From Negaprion brevirostris (lineage: Eukaryota), in the NCBI GenBank assembly GCA_030324005.1, contig JARDVH010000146.1, forward strand, positions 27,769,699 to 27,833,698: a stretch of DNA of 64,000 nt. Direction: 5' to 3'. Every line of letters begins with the position of its first letter. The stretch's first letter is position 1. The notes under the pieces were generated by a model, which worked only from the letters and a program-made list of their open reading frames with translations, had not been told where the DNA came from and made no database searches. A program made the position numbers and the translations under genes. This document shows, one piece after another, positions 50,030-61,526 of this stretch.

Positions 50030-50705
50030 TTGAACGTTGCGCAGTCATCAGCAAACATCCCCGCCTCTGCCTTTGTGGTGGTGGGAAGTTCATTGGTGAA
50101 GCAGCTGAAGATGGTTCAGGACACTATCCTGAGGAACTCCTGCAGTGATGTCCTGGAGCTGAGATGATTGACCTCCAACAACCACAACTATCTTCCTTTG
50201 TCACAGGTATAATTTCAGCTCGNNNNNNNNNNNNNNNNNNNNNNNNNNNNNNNNNNNNNNNNNNNNNNNNNNNNNNNNNNNNNNNNNNNNNNNNNNNNNN
50301 NNNNNNNNNNNNNNNNNNNNNNNNNNNNNNNNNNNNNNNNNNNNNNNNNNNNNNNNNNNNNNNNNNNNNNNNNNNNNNNNNNNNNNNNNNNNNNNNNNNN
50401 NNNNNNNNNNNNNNNNNNNNNNNNNNNNNNNNNNNNNNNNNNNNNNNNNNNNNNNNNNNNNNNNNNNNNNNNNNNNNNNNNNNNNNNNNNNNNNNNNNNN
50501 NNNNNNNNNNNNNNNNNNNNNNNNNNNNNNNNNNNNNNNNNNNNNNNNNNNNNNNNNNNNNNNNNNNNNACATCACTGGGTAGATGACAGTGTTGTAGCT
50601 TCACTGGAACAACTTGGGTGGGGGCACAGCTAGTTCTTCAGTATGAGTCTTCATACTATTGCCGGAATGTTGTCAGGGCCCATAACCTTTGAAGTTTCTT
50701 GATTT
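50030..50705 (-). mobile_element. LINE RT fragment (gapped)
   Basis: Minus strand encodes VVVVGGQSSQLQDITAGVPQ..IFSCFTNELP..GMFADDC. Confidence 0.8.
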
Positions 50706-50727
50706 GGAGTGAATATCAAAGTTATAA

Positions 50728-50970
50728 CAAAGAAAGAGATCATATTTGTATAGTGCCTTCCAATTTCTGAACATATTTAAATCAAAGTTACCTTTAATGA
50801 ACTTGCTGTTGTCTTAGTCACAAAACTTGGAGACAATTTGTGAAGCAAAGGTCCCACAGAAAGCAATGATAACAATGACTAATTATTAGCTTTGGTGATG
50901 ATGGTTGAGTGTTGAATGTCAGCCTTGACGCCAGCAAAAACCTTTCTGTTTATTGAAAATGTGACATGTG
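50728..50970 (-). mobile_element. Deu-SINE 3' relic
   Basis: Reverse of the tail type seen at 39700-39855 (TATTTGTATAGTGCCTT..CCCACAGAAAGCAATG). Confidence 0.5.
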
Positions 50971-50971
50971 A

Positions 50972-51097
50972 AGGTGAATTTTCCCATTCCATCCGCTAAA
51001 GAATCAGAGCGGGTGAGGGGCGGACCCTGGAAAGGTCCATTGACCTCAGGTGGGATTTTCTGTTTTCGGGATGAGCATGGCTGGAAGATCGCGCCTG
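50972..51097. mobile_element. Short MITE-like element
   Basis: AGGTGAATTTTCCC...GGAAGATCGCGCCT; homologous to 15350-15475. Confidence 0.65.
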
Positions 51098-51139
51098 TGA
51101 TATTTTAGATCCAACTGAACAGGCTGTTTAATGGCAAAA

Positions 51140-51335
51140 TCACCGTAATCCCAGATGACCATAAGCTGTTCTACACTTTGAGGGGGAGAGCTGACTAGTA
51201 GTGATTTAATCTGAGGATCACCACAGCTCAGTCAAGGAGCAAGGATGAAAGGATGGTTTCTTTGTGAATAACCTCAGCCAGTGTGGAAATTAAACTCATG
51301 ACTCTCTGGTGACACCACTCCAAGTCTAGCCATAA
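51140..51335 (-). mobile_element. Third tRNA-derived SINE family relic
   Basis: GATTTAATCTGAGGATCACCACAGCTCAG..GAATAACCTCAGCCAG..GGAAATTAAAC (degenerate B-box on minus). Confidence 0.5.
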
Positions 51336-51904
51336 CAGGGTTTCCTCCTGAATTTAGAAGGATGAAGGAAGATCCTCAGTGTCTGCGTTTAACCATTTAT
51401 GGCAAATAAATAAGTCCAACGGGCTTTTTTGAGGTTTAAAACAAAAGGGAGTTAGTTTTTGAATTAAAAACCACCCAGATGAAGGTAGGAAAATTTTTAA
51501 AAGTGTAAACTCGCTCTTCTCAAACTTTTGCGATCCATATTCACACACATGAAACATGCCTGAGTTGTACTGTAGGTAGTTAGTTTCTTCGCCAAATTAA
51601 ATTAAATGTTGAAAAATTTAAAAAATCTTAAGAGTTCACTGTATATGATCCTTCTCTGGTCACTGGGACAGTGGCAGGAACGCTTCCAAGTTCCTTTAGA
51701 TTTCAGAAGTTGAGTTGAAGCCCCAGCAATCATCAAAGACAATTCCTTTTTAATCAAATTCCTTTTTAATCCAATTCCTTCTCTTCCAACAGTTGCTGAG
51801 ATTTTAACCTGATGTTCCTTTTGATGGAAAATTCACAAACTTTGTCCTGGATTTATGAACTGTGAGAGATGGGGTCTTAACTTGGGAGAGGAGTGAAGGT
51901 GTCG

Positions 51905-52075
51905 GGGCGCCATGGCGGCACAGTGGTTAGCACACAGTGCCAAGGATCCCCAGGTTCAATTGAGGCCTTGGATGACTGTCTGTGTGGACTTTGCACATTC
52001 TCCCCGTGTCTGGGTGGGTTTCCTCCAGGTGCTCTGGTTTCCTCTCACACTCAGAAAATGTATGGGTTAGGTGGA
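51905..52075 (+). mobile_element. V-SINE 5' half
   Basis: Head and V-domain. Confidence 0.85.
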
Positions 52076-52205
52076 ATAGACATGAAGCAACAAAAAGTTA
52101 CTTTCTGTTAGTATCTAATAGATTCTGTTTGATGGATGTCAAATACCCAATAATTTAAGATAATAAGGTGATAGGTGTTGAGTACTTGTTTAGTTAATGT
52201 GCATA

Positions 52206-52522
52206 TCATAGAATCCCTACAGTGCAGAAAGAGGTTATTTGACCCATCAAGCCTGCACCAACCACAATCCCACCTTGCCCCTATCCCCTTATCCCCACAC
52301 ATATTTACCTGCTGGTGCCCCTGATACTAGGAGCAATTTTCCATGGCCAATCAACCTAACCAGCATGTTTTTTGGACTGTGGAAGGAAACCGGAGCACCC
52401 AGAAGAAACCCACACAAACATGGGGAGAATGTGCAAACTCCACACAAACAGTCACCCGAGGGCAGAATTGAACCTCCGTGCCTGGTGCTGTGAGACAGCA
52501 GTGCTAACCACTGTGCCGCCCC
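52206..52522 (-). mobile_element. V-SINE tail A
   Basis: Full-length reverse copy; head starts GGGGCGGCACAGTGGTTAGCAC at 52522. Confidence 0.9.
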
Positions 52523-52527
52523 AAAAA
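52523..52527 (-). terminator. Pol III T-run terminator of the tRNA-Pro-like gene
   Basis: TTTTT on the minus strand, 7 nt after the tRNA 3' end. Confidence 0.55.
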
Positions 52528-52534
52528 GGTTTCT

Positions 52535-52619
52535 GGGCTCATCCGGGATTTGAACCTGGGATCTCTCGCATTCTAATGCTATTACCTAAGTGAGAATCAT
52601 ACCCTTAGACTAACAAGCC
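52535..52619 (-). tRNA. tRNA-Pro: tRNA-Pro(AGG)-like gene with 13-nt intron-like insert; probably a pseudogene
   Basis: GGCTTGTTAGTCTAAGGGTATGATTCTCACTTAGG-TAATAGCATTAGAA-TGCGAGAGATCCCAGGTTCAAATCCCGGATGAGCCC. Outside the loop it has 7 transitions versus vertebrate tRNA-Pro. Anticodon at 52587-52585; one A-C mismatch each in the anticodon and T stems. Confidence 0.85.
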
Positions 52620-53794
52620 AGACATTATAAGGAAGAGTAAGTCAGCACTGAAATTTTTTTTCAGTCACATGACATCTCAAAACAATTGCAGAAGGTGTTT
52701 GTTTATCTGTTGTTTGAAGCCCTGGAGCTTTTGTCCCATGGCTGGGGAGGGTGAATAGTTTCTGTAATTAACTTCCTAAATGAGTCATTATCTATCTCGA
52801 TGAGATGCAGAACCATTGTTCTTAGCAGACTTTCTGCCTGTGCCGCAGAGACTGTATTTACATTTTTCTACAAGATAGTGTCTGGTACGTTCCAACAAAT
52901 TCCTCTGAAATAGTTCTTGACAACCTCAGGTGTGAAATTCCAGAGAAGGATTTCATGACACGTCTGGATTGCAATTCACAGTGGAACTTCCGAGAAGCTG
53001 GTCAACTTGCAATATCAGATGTCAGGTGAATTGTGGCAGCCATTTATACTCTGTGTCTTTTCTTGCCTTTTTAAACAGCTCGGTATATATTAGGCCTGTG
53101 GGTGAAATTACAGATCAATCTCACTCATGCATAAGCCTGAAACACCTTCATCTCATAAGGAGAGAAATTCCACAAACTTCAATGAGATTTTTATTATAGA
53201 CATCCAAACACTAAGAGAGTTCAAAATAGCGCATGCCAAACCCATTCACAGTCTTAATCTAATAGCATCGGTTCTGCCTGACTCTGGTCTTGTTACCCCC
53301 CAGATGATCCTATACTGTGTTAGGCAACATGTTCTCACATGGTTTGACCTTTTCAGATGGTTACAAACACAAGTTGTCTTTGTTTGAAAAGATTAGGCTG
53401 GCATCAGAGTTCTGAAGTTGCTTTATTCTCTTGGTGGTAAATATGACAGATAATTTTGTCAGAAATCCTTGCTCCCTGCTGTAACTTGTCAGACTTGTTT
53501 ATTTGCCATAAATGGTTAAACAAGGCTGTTAGATCCTTGATTCCTGGCAATAGTCGGGGTAGGGTTATCCTGTATCTTCATGCTGCTTAGCACAGCAGTA
53601 TTTAACATGTAAATTTTTGGATTGCTAATCAGGTCTGCTTGGTTCAGTTTTAACCCCTTGCTGTCCACCTCTATAACATGTGAATTTATTAGCACAAACT
53701 CTTTTACATAATTGATTGCTAGGAGCTTGATGCACTGTAATTTGATTTTTGCCTCCTGCCAGGATTCTGGATTAGTGTCTGGATGGCATTTTGG

Positions 53795-54128
53795 GATGGC
53801 ACGGTGGCAGAGTGGTTGGCACTGTTGCCTCACAGCACCAGGGACCGGGTTCAATCCCAGCCCTGGGTGACTGTCTGTGTGGAGTTCTCCCTGTGTCAAT
53901 GTGGGTTTCCTTCGGGTGTTCCAGTTTCCTCTCACAGTCCAAAGATGTGCTGGTTAAGTGGGTTGGCCATGACAAATTATCCCAAGACATGTGGGCTAGA
54001 TGGATTAGCCATGGGTGAATGTGCGGGGTTATGGGGAAAGGACCTGGGTAAGGCACTCTGCCAGAAAGTCAGTGCAGTCTCGATAGGCAGAATGACATCC
54101 ACCTGCACTGTTGGCAATCTGTGATTCA
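53795..54128 (+). mobile_element. V-SINE tail A
   Basis: Head, V-domain and degenerate tail. Confidence 0.88.
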
Positions 54129-54569
54129 GTGAATTTTCCATCAATAGTGTCCTTGTTGAGATTTAAAACCTGGGCCTGGATTTTGTGGTCCCAACCACAA
54201 TGAAAAAATTGATCTGCCAGCCAATGGTGCATTGACTTTGGTCAGAAAAGTCAGAGTTCTGTGCAATATCCCAGCCTTGGTCTGTTCTATGTCACTGATT
54301 AATGGGTAATGTTGCATGAGTTCCACTTCTACTCCCTTTATAATCTCCACAAGTGTTGTCTTTGGGGTAGGCTCCATTCTCCTTCTCTTTTGTTTTGGGA
54401 ATGGACGGTTTCCCTAACCTGTTCCATGGTCCCTGAAACACCATCGCCCCCAACTAGATGTTCTGTTGCGGCTGTGCATCCCTGTGGCTCTTCAACCAAG
54501 TGTGGCATCACCCTTGCTCTTCCTTGATCTAGTTGGGAGTGTCACTGTCCTCAGTTTAAATCTGCCATA

Positions 54570-54793
54570 ACATTGCCTGCTAAACAGATCACTGACTCTG
54601 ATGGAGGCAGAGATCCTCATAATATTTAAGAAGTATTTAGATGTGCATTTGTGATGCCAGGGTATACAAGGCTATGGGCCAAGTGCTGAAAAATGGGATT
54701 AGAATAGTTAGGTGGTTTGTCATTGACTGGCACAGATGCAATGGGCTGAAGGGCCTTTATCTATGTTGTATATCTCTATGACTCAATGACTCT
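54570..54793 (+). mobile_element. CR1 3' end
   Basis: GATGGAGGCAGAG..TTTAAGAAGTATTTAGATG..ATGGGCTGAAGGGCCT..CTATGACTC. Confidence 0.75.
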
Positions 54794-54864
54794 CCTCCTT
54801 TGTCCTTTTTAACCTTTACGAATCCCTCTTGGACCTCTTTTTACTTCTGGTTTCCTGGCTACTT

Positions 54865-55017
54865 TTTTGTTTAATTCATTAATGGGACATGGGCATTTCT
54901 GGGACATGGGTATTTCTGGCTGGGCCAGCATTTATTGCCCATCCCTAGTTGCCAGAGGGCTTTGGGGAATCAACCACATTGCTGCGGCTCTAGAATCACA
55001 TGTAGGCAAGACCGAGG
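54865..55017 (-). mobile_element. Second SINE family 3' part
   Basis: GGCTGGGCCAGCATTTATTGCCCATCCCTAG on +. Confidence 0.8.
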
Positions 55018-55434
55018 NNNNNNNNNNNNNNNNNNNNNNNNNNNNNNNNNNNNNNNNNNNNNNNNNNNNNNNNNNNNNNNNNNNNNNNNNNNNNNNNNNN
55101 NNNNNNNNNNNNNNNNNCCTGCGCTGAGCTGGGCCGCTCCATCTTGTCACTGCTTCAAGTTAGTTACAGCTAATTAAAGGCTTTCCCATGAGCTTTCCAT
55201 TCAAAATCCCTGCTAAAGGTCACTTGAATCCTGCAATTACAGTCAACTATAAGATTAAGCAGGAATTCTGGTGCAAAGATTACTCAGCTTTTAATAAGAG
55301 CAGAGCTGCCAAGAGGAAATCAGTGCCTGCTAATCCGGATAATACGTTTCAAGGCAAAAATGCTGCAAATAGGATCCAGCTATTAGTGTTGCGATAGTCG
55401 CAGACAGATCTTGTAACTGCTTCAGTACGAAATA

Positions 55435-55600
55435 ACTAACTACAGCGTACACCTCAGCCACAACTCCAACCACACAGCGTACACCTCAACAATAACTCTA
55501 AGAGTATACATATCCACAACTCTAACCACAGTGTACATCTCAAGAACACATCTAACAATGTACATATCAACAACTACTTTAACAACAGTGTACACATTGC
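55435..55600 (+). repeat. Degenerate ~25-30 bp minisatellite
   Basis: Repeated ACAACTCYAACCACAGYGTACAYCTCA-like units. Confidence 0.65.
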
Positions 55601-55754
55601 TGTAGCTCATGTTGGCTGTATATTCTCACTTTCAAAGTGAGAAATTACGAAAAAAGTCACCAGGGTAATTTATCTCTCTCACCTGTTTCTGTATTTTTCT
55701 CCTTCTATTCCTCACTCTATCATCTATCTCTTTCAATCTATCTCACTGCACAAC

Positions 55755-55908
55755 CTGAGCACCAAAGACTCTGCTGACACGCCAGTGCAAAGCTGAGGGG
55801 GTGCGGCACTGTTGGAGGTTGTTCTTTCATGTCACACCCAAGCCCCTTCCAGCTGCTTAGGTGGGGTGCAGAAGATCCCGGGGCACTGTTTTGAAGAGAA
55901 GAGTGGGG
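55755..55908 (+). mobile_element. Deu-domain SINE core (SacSINE1/AmnSINE1-like)
   Basis: GCTGACACGCCAGTGCAAAGCTGAGGGGGTGCGGCACTGTTGGAGGT..AGGTGG..AAGATCCC..GGCACTGTTTTGAAGA. Confidence 0.7.
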
Positions 55909-56319
55909 CAGAAAGGGCTTCTTTCCGTGCTGTAAAACTCAATGAAACTCTCTATATTGGTCAGTGAAGTTGACAGTAGCTCAGACCAGGTGGTGAGGAC
56001 TTGCGACGGAAAAGGAAATTGGGCTGGGAGGCTGTTGATTTATCATTGTACTTACTAACTAATACCACTCCCACACTCCAGTCACTCTGTTTAGTTGCCT
56101 CACCTGGAGGATGACACTTCTAACAGTAGAGCAATCTCTTACCACTGCACTGAAGTTAAACTCAAAAAGGGGTGCAGAAACAAAAGGGCCTGGGAGTGAT
56201 GGTTGTGCATGATTTCTTGAAGGTAGCAGGGTGAGATGAGAAAGGGGTTTGGAAGGCATGAGGGATTTTGGACTTGAAATGGAGGCACAGGGGGCAAAAG
56301 CAGCAAAGTTCTGATCAAA

Positions 56320-56970
56320 TATGGTCTCAGCTGGGATACTGCATCCAATTTTGGGCACCACACTTCTGGAAGGATGTGAAGGCATGAGGGAAGGTATAGA
56401 AAAGATTTACGAGAATGGTATCAGGAATGAGGGATGTGCTTGATTGTATTATCACTAGATTACCTATTCCAGAAACTCAGCTAATGTTCCTGGGGACCTG
56501 GTTCAAATCCCACCACAGCAGATGGTGGAATTTGAATTCAATAAAAAATATCTGGAATTAAGAATCTACTGATGACCGTGAAACAATTACCAATTGTTGG
56601 GAAAATCCATCTGGTTCATTAATGTCCTTTAGGTAACAAAACTTGCCATCCTGACCTTGGGACTGGGGGGAGATTGAGCTGTTCTCTCTATAGAAGCGAA
56701 GGTTGAGGTGAGGTTTGATAAAGATGTTCAAAATTGTGAGGGTCTGAACAGAGTGGCCAGGGAGAAATTGACACAAGGTTCAAGGAGCGGACATTGATTG
56801 AAGGGATTGGCAAAGCAACAGAAGGTGAGGGGATACATTCTTCTACACAGGAAGCAGTTAGGATCTGGAACGCATTGCCTGAGAGTGAGCTGCAGGCCAG
56901 TTTAATCTTGAAAGGGAATTGGATAATTATCTGAAGAGAAGAATTTGCAGGGTTACAAGGGAGGGGAGGG
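56320..56970 (+). mobile_element. CR1 C-terminal fragment interrupted by a SINE at ~56443-56662
   Basis: PQLGYCIQFWAPHFWKDVKA..RFTRMVSGMR, resuming with LFSL.KRRLR.GLIKMFKIVRG. Confidence 0.75.
56443..56662 (+). mobile_element. Second SINE family 5' part
   Basis: CCAGAAACTCAGCTAATGTTC..GGTTCAAATCC B-box. Confidence 0.85.
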
Positions 56971-56972
56971 AA

Positions 56973-57321
56973 CTTTTTGTTTATTCATTTGTGGGACATG
57001 ATCACGAGTGGCTGGCCAGCAATTTATTGCCCATCCCTAGTTGCCCAAGAGCAGTTGAGTGTTAACCACATTGCTGTGGCTCATGTAGGCCAGACCAGGG
57101 AAGGATGGCAAATTTCCTCCCCTAAAGGGCATAAATGACCCAGGTGAGTTTTTCTGACAATCGGCAATGGTTTCATGGTCATCAGTAGATTCTTAATTCC
57201 AGGTACTTTTTATTGAATTCAAATTCCACCGTGGCTGGATTAGAACCTGGGTCACCAGAACATGAGCTGAGTTTCTGGATTAATAGTCCAGTGATAATAT
57301 CACTAGGCCATCGCCTCCCCT
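56973..57321 (-). mobile_element. Second SINE family, full length
   Basis: Minus strand starts GGGGAGGCGATGGCCTAGTG; homologous to 14395-14765. Confidence 0.88.
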
Positions 57322-57774
57322 TGTAAATTTCCCCTCAAACCTTTATAAATTCAAGTGGCTGTTGCTTAGGCGTCACAACACTCACGGATCCTACCGAGAC
57401 AGTTCTACTTCTACTAACCCAGCTTGGGCCTTTATAAGTCCAAGCAGCCTTTCCCCAGCTACTCCAACTCTCATGCATTCTGAGTTGTTTTATTTACACT
57501 GGCTATTACGATTACATGGGGAAAATCTTCTAACTCAGAAACCAAAGTGTAACAACTGAGTGATTCTGGCACAAATGAAAGAGAGAAGATGCCAAAGTCA
57601 GATCTTTTGGTGGTTTACTGCAATGAATGCAAATGATAGGAAGCTGTTCTACGAGTGAGAGGTGGGGAGGTTATAACGCAAAAGGAAAAGAAACAGTTAG
57701 GACCAATATTCTTATTTCCCCTTTTTACTATTTTTTCCTTCTGGGAAGGGAGTGCAGAGGAAGGAAAAGGAGGG

Positions 57775-57985
57775 AAAGGAAGAACAATAGGGAAGGACTG
57801 TGACTGAATGATCAGCAGGAAAGATTAACTGACAAAAGGGGTGATGGTGCAAGGTGGAAAAAAGATAACAATGAAGCAATGAAATGGGAGATGGGGCGAG
57901 AGATATTGCAAATGGCAACAGCAAAACCTCTGCTGCACTAACAAAATTGGAAGCAGTTGTTAATGATCTGAAATTGTTGAACTTA
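57775..57985 (-). mobile_element. Penelope-like 3' fragment
   Basis: Minus strand ..FNNFRS (end of the GIY-YIG ORF) followed by a pyrimidine-rich UTR. Confidence 0.45.
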
Positions 57986-57994
57986 AGTAGAGTG

Positions 57995-58343
57995 CAGAAC
58001 CATAGCATCCCCACAGTGCAGAAAAAGACCATTTGGTCCATTGAATCTGCACTTACTCTCCGAAAGAGCATCACACCCATGCCCTTACCTCCACTATAGC
58101 CTTGTAACTCCACTCAATTACCATGGCTAGTTTTGCACATTTTGGGACACTAAGGCACAATTTAACTTGGCCAATTCATCAAACCTGCATATCTTTGGAC
58201 TGTGGGAGGAAATCAGAGCACCCAGAGGAAACGCACACAGAAACGGGGAGAATGTGCAGACTCCACACAGACAGTCACCCATCAAACCAGGTTTCCTGGC
58301 GCTGTAAGGCAGCATTGCTAACCACTGTGCTATGGTGTTGCCT
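57995..58343 (-). mobile_element. V-SINE tail A
   Basis: Reverse full-length copy. Confidence 0.88.
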
Positions 58344-58974
58344 ATAAAATCTTTTTACATCTCTATTTACGTATGTCTCTATTTGGATCTGACTCTGTTC
58401 CTGAATCATGTGATTTCTAAAGAGCTCGTTGGAAAAACAGAATATATATTTACCCAATGTAAACAGACTTGAAACCTTCTCGTTTTAAAATTACTTGTTC
58501 CCTGTAAAAAGCTTAAAAGGCCAATTTCAAAGAGTTCTCACTCCCCAAGGGCACCGATTGTATTTTATTTCACAAGTATCTCACTGAGGATTTTCATCCA
58601 TGGCAGGGTTGCAAGCAGGACACTGAAATTTGAAAGTCTGTTCTCCCTCAGTTTTCTGTCTTTCCTTTATGTTAGTGTTTGTAGGGGGATTTGTTTTATT
58701 TCAAGCCACAATGTTGTGTGTGTGGAACTGATCGCAGCACTCCTAACACAGCTGGAAAAGTATAATAAAGAAGGCAATTAGATGAATTATCAGGGACTGG
58801 AAGTATTTAAACCCATGGCTCATCCATCATATGATGAATTTGTTCAAACTACATAACACCATGTGTGTATCGCAGAGTTAAGAGTGTGAATTCCAGGAAA
58901 CTAATGTAAAGAGACACCTCATATTTTACCATAAGATTGTAACAATCAGAATGGAAAAATGTACAAGGACGTTC

Positions 58975-59672
58975 ACGGCACGGTGCCACACTGGTTATCA
59001 CTGCTGCCTCGTAGCTTCAGGGATTCGGATTCAGTTCCAACCTGGGGTGACTGTCTGTGTGGACTTTGCACATTCTGGTGACCTGATAGAAGCCTATAAA
59101 ATTATGAGAGGGTTGACAGAATCTTTTCCCCAGAGTTTAAACGTCTAAAACTCGGGGGCATGCACTAAAAGTAGGAGGGGAAAAGTTCAAAGGAGATGCA
59201 AGTTTTTTGTGCACAGAGANNNNNNNNNNNNNNNNNNNNNNNNNNNNNNNNNNNNNNNNNNNNNNNNNNNNNNNNNNNNNNNNNNNNNNNNNNNNNNNNN
59301 NNNNNNNNNNNNNNNNNNNNNNNNNNNNNNNNNNNNNNNNNNNNNNNNNNNNNNNNNNNNNNNNNNNNNNNNNNNNNNNNNNNNNNNNNNNNNNNNNNNN
59401 NNNNNNNNNNNNNNNNNNNNNNNNNNNNNNNNNNNNNNNNNNNNNNNNNNNNNNNNNNNNNNNNNNNNNNNNNNNNNNNNNNNNNNNNNNNNNNNNNNNN
59501 NNNNNNNNNNNNNNNNNNNNNNNNNNNNNNNNNNNNNNNNNNNNNNNNNNNNNNNTAGGGGGATTAGTGGGGTAAATAAGTGGGGTTATGGGGATAGGGC
59601 CTGGATAACATTCTCTGTCGGACAATCAGTGCAGACTTGATGGGCTGAATGGCCTCCTTCTGCACTGCAGCG
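58975..59672 (+). mobile_element. V-SINE head / CR1 fragment / gap / V-SINE tail composite
   Basis: SINE head 58975-59077, CR1 GDLIEAYKIMRGL 59077-59219, tail A 59556-59672. Confidence 0.7.
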
Positions 59673-60326
59673 ATTAAGTTAGCATGAATTGTTAGAAGTT
59701 CAATTGTACTTTTTTTTCCATCAGAACTATTTACTTGACTTTGTGGGGGTTGATTTTCCTTGTGGGTGTTCTTGAAGCAGGGACATTGTGCCTCAGGTAC
59801 TTTGCAAAATTATTTTCTGTGTAACTTCTAGGTCCTACTCCTTAAAACACCTGGGAGATTTCACAGGAAGAGAGAATGGATTTTTTGCACTGCTCCAGCA
59901 ACATAAAAGGGAAAGGGAGCCTTCAGGGAAGAAGCTAAACGTTGTGTGTCAAAATAATATGGAAATATTATATTCAATGTGGAAAATATATATGGAAAAA
60001 TTAACTTGCTGTTAAACGTGTTGTATGCCAGGAATAATTACAAAGCAGCAGTTCTCTTGCTGGGGATAGCAGAGGAAACATTGCTCGTGATAAAGAGGAG
60101 CACATGTGGTTTTAAAAAGACAGGGATATTAAACCCTGCAATGAACAATGTATGTGTCTGTAGTCAGGATGTTCTTCTCCGCTCTGCAGTGGTTGTTATG
60201 AAAGGCAAGAGCAAAAATTATCCCAAGAGTGCAAAAATCGCCTTATGATGTGGTAAAATTGGTTTGTGATGCTGTTTTCAAGCCTCCAATGGCAGAGTGC
60301 TTTTCACGCCATGCAATGTTGCGAAG

Positions 60327-60620
60327 TAAAGCTTATTTATTAGTTACAAGTAGCCTTACACTAACACTGCAATGAAGTTACTGTGAAAATCCCTTAGTTG
60401 CCACACTCCAGCATCTATATTGGTACACTAAGGGAGAATTTAGCATGGCCAATGCACCTAACCACCACATCTTTGGACTGTGGGTGGAAACTGGAGCACC
60501 CGGAGGAAACCCACGCAGACATGGGGAGAACGTGCAAACTCTGCACGGACAGTGATCCAAGCGGGAAATTGAACCTGGTCCCTGGCGCTGTGAGGCAACA
60601 GTGCTAATCACTGTGCCATG
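60327..60620 (-). mobile_element. V-SINE tail B
   Basis: Reverse full-length copy. Confidence 0.9.
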
Positions 60621-61456
60621 AAGGTCTTTTGTGTACTTTTTAATGGCGTCCATACTCATCAAACGGGTCTTTCCCCTCACTGGATCAATAGGGCATGCCA
60701 CTATTCAATTAGGCCGACCTGTTTAAAAATGCCACATAAGCGATGTGCCCTTGGCAACCTACACTTTGCTTGGGACTTGCGGTCATGGTACCTCGGGCTT
60801 AGTGCAATGTTGTGCTGACAAGACCATGTTGCTTTCGGGAGGGGGTTACTGCCCAAGGCCCTGCCTAACATACATTTGGTAAAGTGGGGGTTGCTTCAAG
60901 CTGGCTGCAAGGCAAGCTCCCCCATCTGGGGAATTTGATAAGCGAACGCAGACTTGACAAAGGGCTGCAGGGTGTGGGAGGTGGGGGGAGGAGTTGATGA
61001 AGGCAGGATTCACGCACATGACTGGGGTGGAGGGGGCAATGGAAGGGGCAATATTTTATCCACCCGAATGGGCAGAGAGTCTCTTACCGAATAATATCTG
61101 CGACTTGGGACCAGAATGGAAAGGTGGTAGGTTGAGGAGGTTTGCATTGCTCACCTTGTCAAGATTCTTCTCGTCCCAACCCAAAAGGGCATGGAGGTCC
61201 AGTCTCAATCAGGCGCAGGACGTTATCCGCAGGACTTACTCATACCTTCATGTACATTGGCAAAATGTCTCACAGCTTCAAGGGCTGCAGGTGGTATTTG
61301 CAGTCCAGGAGGCATCTGCAGCCCACAAATGGGGAAATGATAGTTTGGGGGCAATCGATGGGTCTCATAGCAGGAGTGAGGAGGGGGTGTGTCTGAGTGT
61401 TTCCAAAAAACACTGTAACACTATGCCAGAGCCTCAAGATAGGAGGGGCAATGTCT

Positions 61457-61526
61457 AGGGTCATATCTGTGATCACCAAGGGTCATATCTGTGATCACCA
61501 AGGGTCATATCTGTGATCACCAAGGG
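61457..61526 (+). repeat. Perfect 22-bp tandem repeat x3
   Basis: (AGGGTCATATCTGTGATCACCA)3 followed by AGGG. Confidence 0.95.

Noticed and set aside
60994-61458. 154-aa ORF
   Set aside because: No recognisable motif, non-ATG start, and it lies within probable decayed transposon sequence.
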